From a virus (lineage: Duplodnaviria; Heunggongvirae; Uroviricota; Caudoviricetes): a DNA stretch of 64,000 nucleotides. The notes beneath the pieces were generated by a model. It saw only the letters and a list, made by a program, of their open reading frames with translations. It was not told the origin of the DNA and did not search any database. Location: the IMG/VR virus record IMGVR_UViG_3300027708_003081, one strand, 5' to 3'. Shown piece by piece: positions 26,721 to 37,764 of this stretch. Both the position numbers and the translations under genes were made by a program. The first letter of the stretch is position 1. Each line of letters begins with the position of its first letter.

Positions 26721-28053
26721 AAAAAGAATAAAAGAACAGATTGATTACGGCGGTAGACCTGAAAGAATGGACCCAAATTTGGAAAGAAAATTGGGTGACC
26801 CCGAAAGTTTATACGCTAAAAATCCGGCTTTAAAAGGTGGAGTACAAGACGTACAAAAACTTGTTTCATCAAGATTTGGAAAAGTTGTTGATAAACTAAA
26901 AGAAGTTACAGGTATTCAAGATTTAAGTGCTGGACAAGTTAAGCAAATGCTTATGGGTGAAATGATGAGAAAAGCCCAAGAAGTTATGAATTTAGAATCA
27001 AGAGTAAAAGAACCTCTTAAAGATTTGGCTGTTGAAATTTGTTTAGATGAAACTGAAGCTGACCCAAGTTGGTATATTATTGACCCTCGTTTAGGGGAAC
27101 AAATCGACGTTTCAAATTTTAGATACTCTCCCGAAGAACCAAAAGATGATGATGAAGAGGATGAAGAAGAAGGCGATAAAAAACCAAAGTTAGAAATACC
27201 ATCTTTTGATATTGAAGATTTAACACCTGAAGAAGAATTTGAGTTAGAAAAACACAAAAGAAATATTATAAACGCACTTATTCAAGGTGCCGCAAAAAAA
27301 GGACACTACGTATTTCAAAAACCTGAAGTTAAAAGAAGATTAGACGCAATCAATCCAAGATTATATCCTAATTATTTAACAATAATGGCTATTAATGATT
27401 TCTTCTATTTTAGTATGGAACAAATGATTGAAATGATGTCTGAAACAGGACAAGGTGTTGCCGGTAAAGTAGAATTAGACGAACCTGACGAGGAAGATTT
27501 AGATAATTTTGAAGAACAAGGTGGAGATAGAGAAGAGGCACCCGATACAAAAATTGTTGCTACAGGAGCATTTTTCCCAATCTTATGTCACGAAATTATT
27601 AAAGGAATTGAAGCGTCTAAAGGTAGGCACGGATTACCAAAAGAACCAAGTATGAGAGCAAATGTGATGGGACAAACTGATACTTTGGCAAATGAGCCGA
27701 TGCAATTGAGAATTGGACCTGAAATTTATGAAAAATTAAGATTTACATTACCTGATGAAATGTTTGATGAAGACAATAAAGGTTTAATAAATTGGTTCCA
27801 TATTCAACTTTACCAAATTCCAGCTCAAGAGTTTTTGCAGATAATGGGTGATGTAATTTCAACTGATGAGAAAAAAAATAAGAAAGCAACCTCAAGATTT
27901 GAAGAAATTATGCGTGAAGCTCAAGATTTAAAATCTGAATATGATAATTGGAAAAAAGAAGAAAAAGGTGAAGAACCTTCTAATGATGGTGAAGATGACG
28001 ACGATGATTTGGATGATTTTTTAAGTGGTTTAGGTATATCGATGCCAAAATAA
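26713..28053 (+). CDS. Hypothetical protein upstream of terminase
   Basis: 446 aa; IKEQ leader; acidic C-terminus. Confidence 0.8.
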   Translation: MNKKRIKEQIDYGGRPERMDPNLERKLGDPESLYAKNPALKGGVQDVQKLVSSRFGKVVDKLKEVTGIQDLSAGQVKQMLMGEMMRKAQEVMNLESRVKEPLKDLAVEICLDETEADPSWYIIDPRLGEQIDVSNFRYSPEEPKDDDEEDEEEGDKKPKLEIPSFDIEDLTPEEEFELEKHKRNIINALIQGAAKKGHYVFQKPEVKRRLDAINPRLYPNYLTIMAINDFFYFSMEQMIEMMSETGQGVAGKVELDEPDEEDLDNFEEQGGDREEAPDTKIVATGAFFPILCHEIIKGIEASKGRHGLPKEPSMRANVMGQTDTLANEPMQLRIGPEIYEKLRFTLPDEMFDEDNKGLINWFHIQLYQIPAQEFLQIMGDVISTDEKKNKKATSRFEEIMREAQDLKSEYDNWKKEEKGEEPSNDGEDDDDDLDDFLSGLGISMPK

Positions 28054-28120
28054 AATAACATAATAATATTAAAACCCTCCCTTAGGCGACTATTGGAGGG
28101 TTTTTACTATTTATAATAAT

Positions 28121-29884
28121 ATGACGAAAGAACAATTAATAATTGAAGTTACAAAGTGTATGAGAGATACTCCATATGCGTTAAGAACGTATTTACAAAC
28201 TTTTGATAATACAAAATCAAAGTATGTACCATTAGACCTATTTCCAGACCAAATTAGTCTTATTGAGGACTACGAAAAATACAACGAGAATATCGCCCTA
28301 AAATACAGGCAGGCGGGTGTTTCTACGGTAACTGCGGCGTGGGCCTCAAAAAAACTTGCGTTTGCTAAAAAAAGCAAACCTGAAAAAGTTTTGATTATTG
28401 CAAACAAACTTGATACGTCAGTTGAGATGGCAAATAAAATAAGAGCCTTTACAGAACAATGGCCGTCTTGGGTTGGTATTGGATTTTCGGCCGAAAAGAA
28501 CGCCGCAAGACATTTTAAGTTAAATAATGATTGTGAGGTAAAGGCGGTTGCAACATCAAAAGATGCTCTTCGTGGTTATACACCTACTATCCTTATTTTT
28601 GATGAAGCGGCGTTTATTGATGCGGATTCAGACTTTTGGGCGGCTTGTATGGCATCACTATCTACGGGTGGTAAGGTTATTGTAGTATCAACACCAAACG
28701 GACAGGACCCGATTTATTACGAGATTTACGACCAAGCATTAAGAAGTATGAATGACTTCAAGATTTCTGAAATGTTTTGGTATAAAGACCCGAGATATAC
28801 AAAAGATTTGTATATGGTTAAAACAACCGATTTGGTTCATTTCTTACTTAATATAGAAGAATATCCAAAAGATGCAATTGTTGATTTAAGTGTTGATAAT
28901 CCATATGAAAGAGACCACGAAATTACAAAAGATTATATTGAACAGGGATATAAACCTTGTTCTGATTGGTTTGAGAAAATGGTTAAAAAACTTAAATTTG
29001 ATAGGAGAAAAGTGGCTCAGGAGTTGGAATGTAACTTTTTAAGTTCGGGTGATAACGTGTTTGACTCCGAAACATTACAAAGAATTAAAAATAATACAAT
29101 ACAGGAGCCTAAGGCAAAACTTATGGGTAATGCTTTATGGATTTTTGATGAACCTGAAGCGGGACATAAATATGTTATGGGTATTGACGTTTCAAGGGGA
29201 GATTCTGAAGATTTCTCTTGTATTCAAATAATTGATTTTGATGAAAGAAAACAGGTATTAGAATATGTTGGAAAAGTACCACCCGATATTGTTGCAGAAA
29301 TAGCCTATAAATGGGGTACGATGTATAATGCTTACTGTGTTACGGATTTAACAGGAGGAATGGGTGTTGCAACTGCAAGGAAGTTACAGGAGATGAATTA
29401 TAAGGGTGGTATGTACGTAGATAACGTGGATACTCAAAATAAATGGAAATGGGACCCAAAAATGGCTGAAAAAATACCAGGAATTAATTTTAACTCCAAA
29501 AGAGTTCAAATTATTGCCTCTTTTGAAGAAGCAATTAGACATAATTTTGCGGTTCGTTCAAACCGACTCCATAATGAAATGAATGGGTTTGTTTATATTA
29601 ATGGAAGACCTGACCACCAAAAAAACGGACACGATGATTGTATTATGTCTATTTCTATGGCAATCTATGTTGGCGAAAAATCATTTCAACAATTAGAGAA
29701 AAATGTTAACCAAACAAAGGCTATGATTAATTCGTGGGCAACATCAGTTAATGAAGATAGAAACTCTTCAAACTTCTTTAACCCTTTAGTACCTCAAGCA
29801 GCACCAAAAATGGGACATTTCCCAAGTCAAGGACCTGGTATGGAAGACTATAAAAAATATGGTTGGTTATTTGGTGGTAGATAA
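28121..29884 (+). CDS. terL: Terminase large subunit (T4 gp17-like)
   Basis: KYRQAGVST, ILIFDEAAF, VSTPNG, QELEC, GIDVSRG, HDDCIM. Confidence 0.95.
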   Translation: MTKEQLIIEVTKCMRDTPYALRTYLQTFDNTKSKYVPLDLFPDQISLIEDYEKYNENIALKYRQAGVSTVTAAWASKKLAFAKKSKPEKVLIIANKLDTSVEMANKIRAFTEQWPSWVGIGFSAEKNAARHFKLNNDCEVKAVATSKDALRGYTPTILIFDEAAFIDADSDFWAACMASLSTGGKVIVVSTPNGQDPIYYEIYDQALRSMNDFKISEMFWYKDPRYTKDLYMVKTTDLVHFLLNIEEYPKDAIVDLSVDNPYERDHEITKDYIEQGYKPCSDWFEKMVKKLKFDRRKVAQELECNFLSSGDNVFDSETLQRIKNNTIQEPKAKLMGNALWIFDEPEAGHKYVMGIDVSRGDSEDFSCIQIIDFDERKQVLEYVGKVPPDIVAEIAYKWGTMYNAYCVTDLTGGMGVATARKLQEMNYKGGMYVDNVDTQNKWKWDPKMAEKIPGINFNSKRVQIIASFEEAIRHNFAVRSNRLHNEMNGFVYINGRPDHQKNGHDDCIMSISMAIYVGEKSFQQLEKNVNQTKAMINSWATSVNEDRNSSNFFNPLVPQAAPKMGHFPSQGPGMEDYKKYGWLFGGR

Positions 29885-29922
29885 GTATTTATAATATTGA
29901 TTACTTCAATTAAATTTATTAT

Positions 29923-31779
29923 ATGGCTGAAAATAACAATTTAACGGTATGGCAGAGGCTCGGTAAGACATTCGGACCCAATTCTTTGCTAGGACAAGAC
30001 TACCCCCAATTTAAACTTGATAAAACAGAATTATTAAGAACTAAAGATAAGGGAGAATACGAAAGAGAAAAACTACAGGCTCAACAAACATTTTATTTAG
30101 CACAACAGTGGGCTAAAGTAGAGAATAATTTATACTCTCAAGCAATTTATTACGAACCAACAAGATTATCTTCTGTTTATGATTATGAATCTATGGAGTA
30201 CACTCCCGAAATTTCCGCAGCGTTAGACATATATGCAGAAGAATCTACAACAGTTAATGAAGATGGATTTATGTTACAGATTTATTCCGAATCAAAAAGG
30301 ATTAAGTCTGTATTGGCGGATTTGTTTAATAATGTTTTAGATATTAATACAAACTTACCGATGTGGACAAGAAATACTTGTAAATTTGGTGATAATTTTG
30401 TTTACTTAAAATTAGACCCTGAAAAGGGTGTTGTTGGTTGCCAACAGTTACCTAATATTGAAATTGAAAGACACGAAGTTGGTATGGGTGATAAACACCC
30501 TGTAGATTTAGGTAAGACTGAAGCTAAAAAGGCGTTAACTTTTACTTGGAAACAAAAAGCAATTACATTCCAATCTTGGGAAATTGCTCACTTTAGATTA
30601 TTAGGTGACGATAGAAAACTTCCTTATGGTACTTCTATGTTGGAAAAGGCTAGAAGAATTTGGAAACAATTATTATTATCTGAAGATGCGATGTTAATTT
30701 ATCGTACCTCAAGAGCACCTGAAAGAAGAATTTTTAAAGTGTTTGTTGGTAATATGAATGATGAAGATGTTGAACCTTACGTAAACCGTGTTGCCGATAA
30801 GTTTAAAAGACAACAAGTGGTGGATAAAAATACAGGTAATGTGGATATGAGATTTAATCAAATGGCGGTTGACCAAGATTATTTTGTACCTGTTCGTGAC
30901 CCAGCCTCACCGAGTCCAATTGAGACATTACCGGGAGCAACAAACCTATCAGAAATTGCGGATATCGAATATATCCAAAAGAAATTATTAACGGCTCTTC
31001 GTGTTCCTAAAGCATTTTTGGGTTTTGAGGAAGTTGTAGGTGACGGTAAAAATTTATCATTACAGGATATTCGTTTTGCAAGAACAATCAATAGAATTCA
31101 AAAAAGTATGATTCAAGAGTTAAATAAAGTTGCAATTGTGCATTTATTTTTACTTGGATTTGAAGATGAATTATCAAATTTCACTTTAGGTTTAACTAAC
31201 CCGTCTACTCAGGCGGACTTGCTTAAAATTGATGTTTATAAAGAAAAAATTCTTTTATATAAAGATTTGGTTTCAGACCCAGGAAATGGTATTCAAGCAG
31301 TTTCTTCCACTTGGGCTAAAAAACATATTTTTGGTTTTTCAGATGAAGAAATTAGAGTTGATTTATTACAACAAAGATTTGAGAAGGCAGTGGGAGAAGA
31401 ACTTAAATCAACAGCAACAGTTATTACTAAAACAGGTTTATTTGATACTATCGATAAGCTTTATGGTAACAACGCAAGTGGTGGAACATCTACTGCAGGT
31501 GCTGAACCTGCGGGTGAAGAAACTTCAGCACCACCTGATTTAGGGGGAGGGGGAGCTCCACCACCTGAAGGAGGCGATTTAGGGGCACCGCCACCACCTC
31601 CACCAGGAGGAGAAGCACCACCTGAAGGAGGGGGAATAACTCCTGAATCAAGAAAGAATAACTTAAATATTTTAGTTGAAAAAAGGTTTATAGAGGGTTC
31701 GGTAATACTAGATGTTGAAACCGGTATAGATTCACTTAATGAAATGGATATAGAATTAGATAAGTTATTAAATTCGTAA
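29923..31779 (+). CDS. Portal protein (T4 gp20-like) with Pro/Gly-rich C-terminal extension
   Basis: PEISAALD, EDAMLIYRTSRAPERRIF, IETLPG, DIEYIQKKL..ALRVP. Confidence 0.95.
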   Translation: MAENNNLTVWQRLGKTFGPNSLLGQDYPQFKLDKTELLRTKDKGEYEREKLQAQQTFYLAQQWAKVENNLYSQAIYYEPTRLSSVYDYESMEYTPEISAALDIYAEESTTVNEDGFMLQIYSESKRIKSVLADLFNNVLDINTNLPMWTRNTCKFGDNFVYLKLDPEKGVVGCQQLPNIEIERHEVGMGDKHPVDLGKTEAKKALTFTWKQKAITFQSWEIAHFRLLGDDRKLPYGTSMLEKARRIWKQLLLSEDAMLIYRTSRAPERRIFKVFVGNMNDEDVEPYVNRVADKFKRQQVVDKNTGNVDMRFNQMAVDQDYFVPVRDPASPSPIETLPGATNLSEIADIEYIQKKLLTALRVPKAFLGFEEVVGDGKNLSLQDIRFARTINRIQKSMIQELNKVAIVHLFLLGFEDELSNFTLGLTNPSTQADLLKIDVYKEKILLYKDLVSDPGNGIQAVSSTWAKKHIFGFSDEEIRVDLLQQRFEKAVGEELKSTATVITKTGLFDTIDKLYGNNASGGTSTAGAEPAGEETSAPPDLGGGGAPPPEGGDLGAPPPPPPGGEAPPEGGGITPESRKNNLNILVEKRFIEGSVILDVETGIDSLNEMDIELDKLLNS

Positions 31780-31802
31780 TATTTATTATAAAATATATTA
31801 AA

Positions 31803-32495
31803 ATGACTTTTGGACAAATTAAAACATACGTAGATAATCAATTACTTGAATCTTATTCAGATAAGAAAAGTTTCAAAAAATCTTTACTTGGATTTAAAGA
31901 AGATGTTTTGGAAAATAAAAGTATCGCAAAGTTGTATTCTCTGTATGAGGAGTTATCTACACCTCAAGGATTATCAGAACGTGATGCGGTTGAATTTGTA
32001 AACGAAGGGATTAATTTAATTCAAAAATTAATTGAAAATATAAGTTTGCCAAATGAAAAATTTGGTAATGATAATAACTACAAGGTTATTGATAATTTAG
32101 TATATAATTCAACATCAATTAAAGAAAGAGTAGAGAGTAAAAAAGAATTAGTTAAAGTTTTAACTCTGGAAAAAACAAAAATTAAAGAATCTGTAAATAT
32201 TCCTATTAGTTCGATGGTTAAAATTGCAAATCAAACTATTAAAAATTTTATTCAAACTTTAGACGAAACATCTAAAAAAGAATTGGAAACTATTATAAGT
32301 GAAGATACAAAATCTTTAAAGATTAAGTTCAATTCATTAAAGGATGACGCAGCAATTAAATTAAATTCATTAATTGAAAAAGAATCAGACCAAGAAACAA
32401 AGTCAAAAATTTCAGAAACAATACTTAAAATACAAAATGAAAAATTTGACCAATTAAGTTATTTTAAACTTAAAAAATTGGTGGAGTCTCTTTAA
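31803..32495 (+). CDS. Head-module hypothetical protein
   Basis: 230-aa helical ORF between portal and bS21. Confidence 0.75.
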   Translation: MTFGQIKTYVDNQLLESYSDKKSFKKSLLGFKEDVLENKSIAKLYSLYEELSTPQGLSERDAVEFVNEGINLIQKLIENISLPNEKFGNDNNYKVIDNLVYNSTSIKERVESKKELVKVLTLEKTKIKESVNIPISSMVKIANQTIKNFIQTLDETSKKELETIISEDTKSLKIKFNSLKDDAAIKLNSLIEKESDQETKSKISETILKIQNEKFDQLSYFKLKKLVESL

Positions 32496-32677
32496 GATTT
32501 TTTTCTTTGTTCATTATATTTCGCCTTTAGTATTTCGGCTCTTCGGGACACAGATTTTTTCACATATTCCTTTCTTTTAGTAAGTGATTGATTTTGTTTA
32601 GTTTTAATCACTTTAGATTTCAAGGTTTTCAGCGCCTTCTCAATATTTTCTCCATTTTTTAGTTGTACTATTAACAT
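32492..32677 (-). CDS. rpsU: Ribosomal protein bS21 (Bacteroidota-type)
   Basis: MLIV.LKNGENIEKALK.LK.K...R.EYVKKSV.RR..I.KA.Y. Confidence 0.9.
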   Translation of the reverse strand: MLIVQLKNGENIEKALKTLKSKVIKTKQNQSLTKRKEYVKKSVSRRAEILKAKYNEQRKKS

Positions 32678-32763
32678 ATTACCTAATATATATTAAAAAA
32701 TTTGATATTACACATAATTACTTCTATTTTTATAAAAAATAAACAAATTAATTATGGAACTTA

Positions 32764-33192
32764 ATGAAAAAAGGGAAAAGTGTAAAATTGAATTTATCTA
32801 ATTCATTTAAATCGGTCTATGGAACCGTGGATTCTAAAAATCTAAAATCTGTATATATAAACATTCAATCTTGGGTATCCCCAAAAGAAGAATTAGAAAA
32901 TTGGAACAGAATAGTTTGTAATTTTAGTAGAGAACTTAAACATACGGTATTTGATTCAATTGATTCATCACTATTCACACCAAAATCAATCGTTGATTTA
33001 GATTTAAGAACAAGTGGAATTTTCTTTGGAAAAAAATCTTTTTTAAATTTAGAAATTAACCTTTTTACAGAAAAAGAATTAGATTTTAAATCAAACGATT
33101 TAAAAAATTCAATAAAAAAGATTGTAAATAATATCCAAGATTATAACATTACCTCCAACAAATACTTTGATTTTACCCTCACAAAAAAATAA
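32764..33192 (+). CDS. Hypothetical protein
   Basis: 142-aa ORF divergent from rpsU. Confidence 0.75.
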   Translation: MKKGKSVKLNLSNSFKSVYGTVDSKNLKSVYINIQSWVSPKEELENWNRIVCNFSRELKHTVFDSIDSSLFTPKSIVDLDLRTSGIFFGKKSFLNLEINLFTEKELDFKSNDLKNSIKKIVNNIQDYNITSNKYFDFTLTKK

Positions 33193-33227
33193 CTCATTAT
33201 TTGCAATATTTATCTTAAAAGAAATAA

Positions 33228-33941
33228 ATGAAAGAATTAAGACTTTTAGAAGCAAACGAGTTAGGATTTGGTATTCTTGTTGAAATGGATGCGGGATACA
33301 TATCACCAAGAGATAGTTTTAACGAAAAATTTTTACAAGAACAAAAACTTATGGATTATAGAAATCCATTTGAATTTTATGCCGTTCTACAAAAATACAA
33401 CACACCAAATAGAAATGGTAGATTTTATCCTGAACCAATCTTAAAAAGAGAGGCAGATAAGTATAAAACAACTATTCAAAAAGGTTTATCAACTTCAGAA
33501 TTAAATCATCCAGAATCGTCTTTAATTGATTTGGATAGAGTGTCTCATTTGATTACCGATATTTGGTGGGATAAGAATATCTTAATGGGTAAATTAAAAC
33601 TATTAACATCACCAGGATTTCACGAAAGAGGTATAGTATCAACTAAAGGAGATATTGCGGCCAATCTTATGAGACAAGGTGTTACTCTTGGTATATCATC
33701 AAGGGGTGTTGGTTCACTTAAAAAAGTTGGTGAAAGAAATGAAGTTCAAGATGATTTTGAATTGATTTGTTTTGATTTAGTTTCATCTCCATCTACACCA
33801 GGTGCTTATTTATTCTCTGATAAAAATGATAGAGAAAAGTATGAGGAGAATTTGGAAGAAGAAAAAAAATTAAAATCTGGCGGAGATGTTGACCACTCTA
33901 TTGATTTAATGAGAAAATTATCCGATTATTTAGGAAAATAA
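33228..33941 (+). CDS. Prohead core protease (T4 gp21-like)
   Basis: NRNGRFYP, ELNHP, VSH, LGISSRGVGS, FDLVSSPS. Confidence 0.95.
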   Translation: MKELRLLEANELGFGILVEMDAGYISPRDSFNEKFLQEQKLMDYRNPFEFYAVLQKYNTPNRNGRFYPEPILKREADKYKTTIQKGLSTSELNHPESSLIDLDRVSHLITDIWWDKNILMGKLKLLTSPGFHERGIVSTKGDIAANLMRQGVTLGISSRGVGSLKKVGERNEVQDDFELICFDLVSSPSTPGAYLFSDKNDREKYEENLEEEKKLKSGGDVDHSIDLMRKLSDYLGK

Positions 33942-33947
33942 ATAATT

Positions 33948-34166
33948 ATGGAAATGGATGAAAAGTATTTTGTAGCAAAAATTCAGTACGATTTACCTGA
34001 TGACCAAACAGGTAAAATTAAAAAAATTAGAGAAGAAAAATTGGTAAAAGGGTTCTCAGTAACCGATGTTGAAGCTAAAGTAACAAAAAGATACGAAGGT
34101 TTCTCAAACGATTGGAGAATAACTTCAGTTTCAGAAAGTAAAATTGATGAAGTTATTGAAGACTAA
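33948..34166 (+). CDS. DUF4494-like small protein
   Basis: YFVAKIQY..GKIKK..E.KLV...SVTDVEAKV. Confidence 0.55.
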   Translation: MEMDEKYFVAKIQYDLPDDQTGKIKKIREEKLVKGFSVTDVEAKVTKRYEGFSNDWRITSVSESKIDEVIED

Positions 34167-34184
34167 ATTTATTAGGTTTATTTA

Positions 34185-34211
34185 AAAGGTGAGTATTAAC
34201 TCACCTTTTTT
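34185..34211 (+). terminator. Intrinsic terminator
   Basis: AAAGGTGAG-tattaa-CTCACCTTT followed by T run. Confidence 0.8.
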
Positions 34212-34335
34212 GTTTTTATACACTATTTATTACTACGGAAGTCCTTTCCCATAAAAAAATAATCACTCACAACTGAAAAAATTAAACTTTTTTCATTTTT
34301 GATACTATTTATTAGTTAAAATAAATAAATTTTCT

Positions 34336-35814
34336 ATGCAAGAAAACAAAAACTTAGTTGAAGAGGCACTTATTCAAATGAAAAATGTTGAAGAAGCTAT
34401 AGCCGAAAATGCAAAAGGAATACTTGCTTCTACAATGAAGGAAGAAATCAATCAATTAGTAAAAGAATCCCTTTCTGAGCAAGATGACGAAGAAGAGGAC
34501 GTTGTTGGCGCAGATGTTGATACAGACACAGATACTGACGTAGATGTAGATGTTGATACTGATAACGACGATGAAGTTGATATGGACGTAGATACTGACA
34601 CCGATATGGATGACGTAGATATGGACGTAAATATGGATTCTGATGAAACTCCAATTGATTTAACCGGTGCGTCTGATGAAGAAATCCTTAAAGTTTTTAA
34701 AGCTATGGGTGAAGAAGACGGAATTATTATCAAAAAAGATGGTTCTGATGTAACCCTTAAAGATAATAACACAGATTCTGAATATCTTATCAGATTAGGA
34801 GAATCAGTTGAGGAAGAATACGAAAACGAAATGTACGAAACAGAAATGGACGACACAGAAACTGACGACATCATCGCACAAATTTTTGGTAACGAAGAAA
34901 TGGAAGAAGATGTTATGTATGAAATCCAAATGGACGAAGAAATGGACGAAGAAATGGAAGAAGAAATGGAAGAAGAAATGGATGAATCTGAAATGGAAGA
35001 AACAATCTATGAAATCTCTATGGACGAAGAAATGGACGAAGAAATGGACGAAGAATTCACGGAATCTCGTCATCATGAAGATGATGAAGAAGAAGATGAA
35101 TCTTGGCAAATGGATGAAGCATACAGTCACAAGAAAGCAAAAAAAGGTATGAAACCTAAAGGACTCGGAATCGGTAAACCTAAATTCCAATACAAGAAAA
35201 CTTCTGGCGGTTTTAAAGAAGACAAGAAAGAAGGACCAAAATCTGTTGGAACAGGTAAACCAAAATTTGAGTACAAAAAAGGTGAAAACATGGGCGGTAA
35301 AAACCAAATGGTTAAGAAAACCGAAACTAAAGAAGCTGCTAGAACGATGGGTATGGGCCCAAGAAAAGGCGGTGGACTTAGAAAAGGAATCACACCTAAT
35401 AGAAACCTTAAAGAGGAAACTCTATCACAAGAAGTTGGTATGTTGAGAGAAAAAAATGAAGAATACAGAAAAGCTCTGAATACGTTCAGAGAAAAGTTAA
35501 ATGAAGTTGCAATTTTCAACTCAAATTTAGCTTACGCTACAAGATTGTTCACAGAACACTCAACTACTAAGAAAGAAAAAATAAACATCCTCAGAAGATT
35601 CGACGATGTTGAGACTTTAAAAGAATCTAAAAATCTTTATAAGTCAATCAAAGACGAATTAGGAAAGGTTGAAAGTAAACCAATGAACGAATCAGTTGAA
35701 ACTAAATTAAATAAAAATGTTTCTACAGGTTCTTCAACAACACTTATTGAATCAAAAACTTACGAAAATCCTCAATTTTTGAGAATCAAAGATTTGATGG
35801 GTAAGATGTTGTAA
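34336..35814 (+). CDS. Prohead core scaffold protein (T4 gp22-like)
   Basis: Between protease and capsid gene; very acidic with EEMD repeats; C-terminal coiled coil. Confidence 0.8.
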   Translation: MQENKNLVEEALIQMKNVEEAIAENAKGILASTMKEEINQLVKESLSEQDDEEEDVVGADVDTDTDTDVDVDVDTDNDDEVDMDVDTDTDMDDVDMDVNMDSDETPIDLTGASDEEILKVFKAMGEEDGIIIKKDGSDVTLKDNNTDSEYLIRLGESVEEEYENEMYETEMDDTETDDIIAQIFGNEEMEEDVMYEIQMDEEMDEEMEEEMEEEMDESEMEETIYEISMDEEMDEEMDEEFTESRHHEDDEEEDESWQMDEAYSHKKAKKGMKPKGLGIGKPKFQYKKTSGGFKEDKKEGPKSVGTGKPKFEYKKGENMGGKNQMVKKTETKEAARTMGMGPRKGGGLRKGITPNRNLKEETLSQEVGMLREKNEEYRKALNTFREKLNEVAIFNSNLAYATRLFTEHSTTKKEKINILRRFDDVETLKESKNLYKSIKDELGKVESKPMNESVETKLNKNVSTGSSTTLIESKTYENPQFLRIKDLMGKML

Positions 35815-35851
35815 ACAATAATAATAAACTAAAAACAAAAAACCAATAAAA

Positions 35852-37660
35852 ATGGGAGCATTATTAGAATCAGGTCTCGTTGGTAACATCGGTCTTAAGC
35901 ACCTTAAAGTTATCAAAGAAGATACTATTAGCAAATGGGACAAATTAGGGTTCCTTGAAGGTCTTAAAGGCCACCTAAAAGAAAATGTTGCACAGTTATA
36001 TGAAAACCAAGCATCATTCTTGATAAACGAAGCATCATCAACATCTGATACAGGTGCATTTGAAACAGTTGTTTTCCCAATCGTACGTAGAGTATTCTCT
36101 AAGTTGTTGGCGAATGATATCGTTTCTGTACAAGCTATGAACTTACCAATTGGTAAATTGTTCTACTTTGTACCTAACATTCAGTCTTACGAAAGTGGAG
36201 ACGGTATTGTAGGTGGTACACATTATTCACCTTATGGAGCACCAGGCGCAACTCAAGGTGTAAATGCAGGTTTTGATTTTAACACTGACAAGAGTTTGTA
36301 TGACAGATTCTATGAAGGTAATGAACCAGCATTAGACCCTCCAGGTTTATTTGATTACTCAAAAGGACAATTTTCTGCCGTTAGTGCTAGTGCGACTACT
36401 GTTTTATGGACAAATGGACAAATGTTACCAGGTGCATATACAATCGCAGCACAACCTGCTGAAGGTTATAGAAAAGCAATTGTTGTTTTATCAGGTTTCA
36501 CAAATAACGGAGCGGGTAAATTAATTGGTCCTGATGGTCAAGTAATGGATAATGAAGCTTTCTTGTCTGATTTGACAGTTAAATCTGTTAGTACAGGTGC
36601 TTTCTCAGGAACAGGTACGGGTAATTTATTATTCAGATTAGTAACTCAGAAATACGGTAGAGGTATTGTTCAATATGGTAATATTAATGCGACTACTTCA
36701 TTCCCTTCAACAGGTAATGGTGGTACATACGATAACCTTTGTGATGCTGATGGTAAAATCTATATTGAAGTTGATTTACAAACACCTTGTACTGTAAATT
36801 CAAATTCACTTGATGGATATTCTGGTAGAACCATTACAGTTGATGGTACTGCAGCAGTAAACAGTCAATTTAGTGCAACTTACAGAGTTTACAAAACAAT
36901 GGAGTTTGAAGATAAAATTGGTGAAGTTTCTTTTGACCTTCAATCTGTTACAGTTTCTGTTACTGAAAGAAAATTAAGAGCTCAATGGTCACCTGAAATG
37001 GCTCAAGACGTTGCAGCATTCCACAACATTGACGCTGAAGCTGAATTAACGGCTTTATTGTCTGAACAAGTTGCGGCTGAAATCGACCGTGAAATCCTTC
37101 GTGATTTACGTAAAGGTGCAGCTTGGAACTTACGTTGGGATTACAACGGTTGGAAGAGATTAGGAAGTCAAGCAGTTCCATACACTCAAAAAGATTGGAA
37201 CCAAACTTTGATTACCGCAATCAACCAAATTTCTGCACAAATTCATAAGTCTACCTTAAGAGGTGGTGCTAACTGGATTGTTGTTTCTTCTGAAATCAGT
37301 GCAATTTTTGATGATTTGGAATATTTCCACGTATCAAACGCAGCTCCTGAGCAAGACCAATACAACATGGGTATTGAAAGAGTAGGTACTTTGGCTGGTC
37401 GTTACCAAGTTTATCGTGACCCTTACTTCCCAGCTAACCAAGTGTTGATGGGACACAAAGGAACGTCATTGTTAGATACAGGTTACATCTACGCACCGTA
37501 CGTACCTCTACAATTAACTCCAACTATGTACAATCCGTTCAATTTTACTCCAATTAAGGGTATTATGACGAGATACGCGAAAAAAATGGTAAATAACAGG
37601 TTTTACGGAAGAATTACTGTAGATGGTGTTAGAACATTTGATTTGAAAGAATTGAGATAA
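35852..37660 (+). CDS. Major capsid protein (T4 gp23-like)
   Basis: IVRRVF..LLANDIVSVQAM, RKLRAQWSPEMAQD, AEIDREIL, YAPYVPL, GIMTRYA. Confidence 0.97.
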   Translation: MGALLESGLVGNIGLKHLKVIKEDTISKWDKLGFLEGLKGHLKENVAQLYENQASFLINEASSTSDTGAFETVVFPIVRRVFSKLLANDIVSVQAMNLPIGKLFYFVPNIQSYESGDGIVGGTHYSPYGAPGATQGVNAGFDFNTDKSLYDRFYEGNEPALDPPGLFDYSKGQFSAVSASATTVLWTNGQMLPGAYTIAAQPAEGYRKAIVVLSGFTNNGAGKLIGPDGQVMDNEAFLSDLTVKSVSTGAFSGTGTGNLLFRLVTQKYGRGIVQYGNINATTSFPSTGNGGTYDNLCDADGKIYIEVDLQTPCTVNSNSLDGYSGRTITVDGTAAVNSQFSATYRVYKTMEFEDKIGEVSFDLQSVTVSVTERKLRAQWSPEMAQDVAAFHNIDAEAELTALLSEQVAAEIDREILRDLRKGAAWNLRWDYNGWKRLGSQAVPYTQKDWNQTLITAINQISAQIHKSTLRGGANWIVVSSEISAIFDDLEYFHVSNAAPEQDQYNMGIERVGTLAGRYQVYRDPYFPANQVLMGHKGTSLLDTGYIYAPYVPLQLTPTMYNPFNFTPIKGIMTRYAKKMVNNRFYGRITVDGVRTFDLKELR

Positions 37661-37683
37661 TCAATCTTTTAAAAATACACTTA

Positions 37684-37712
37684 AGGAGACAAGAAATTGT
37701 CTCCTTTTTTTT
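37684..37712 (+). terminator. Intrinsic terminator after capsid gene
   Basis: AGGAGACAA-gaaa-TTGTCTCCT followed by T run. Confidence 0.85.
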
Positions 37713-37764
37713 ATTAAAAATAATAATAGTTGATTTTTTGGACAAATTTATTATATTTATTATT

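Noticed and set aside
34500-35100. GAAGAAATGGAC-type and GAT/GTA short repeats as a possible CRISPR or repeat array
   Set aside because: They are in-frame low-complexity codons (EEMD, DVD) of the scaffold protein, with no spacers
28121-37660. Introns or inteins in terL, portal or capsid genes
   Set aside because: Reading frames are continuous with no intein termini or intron-sized gaps
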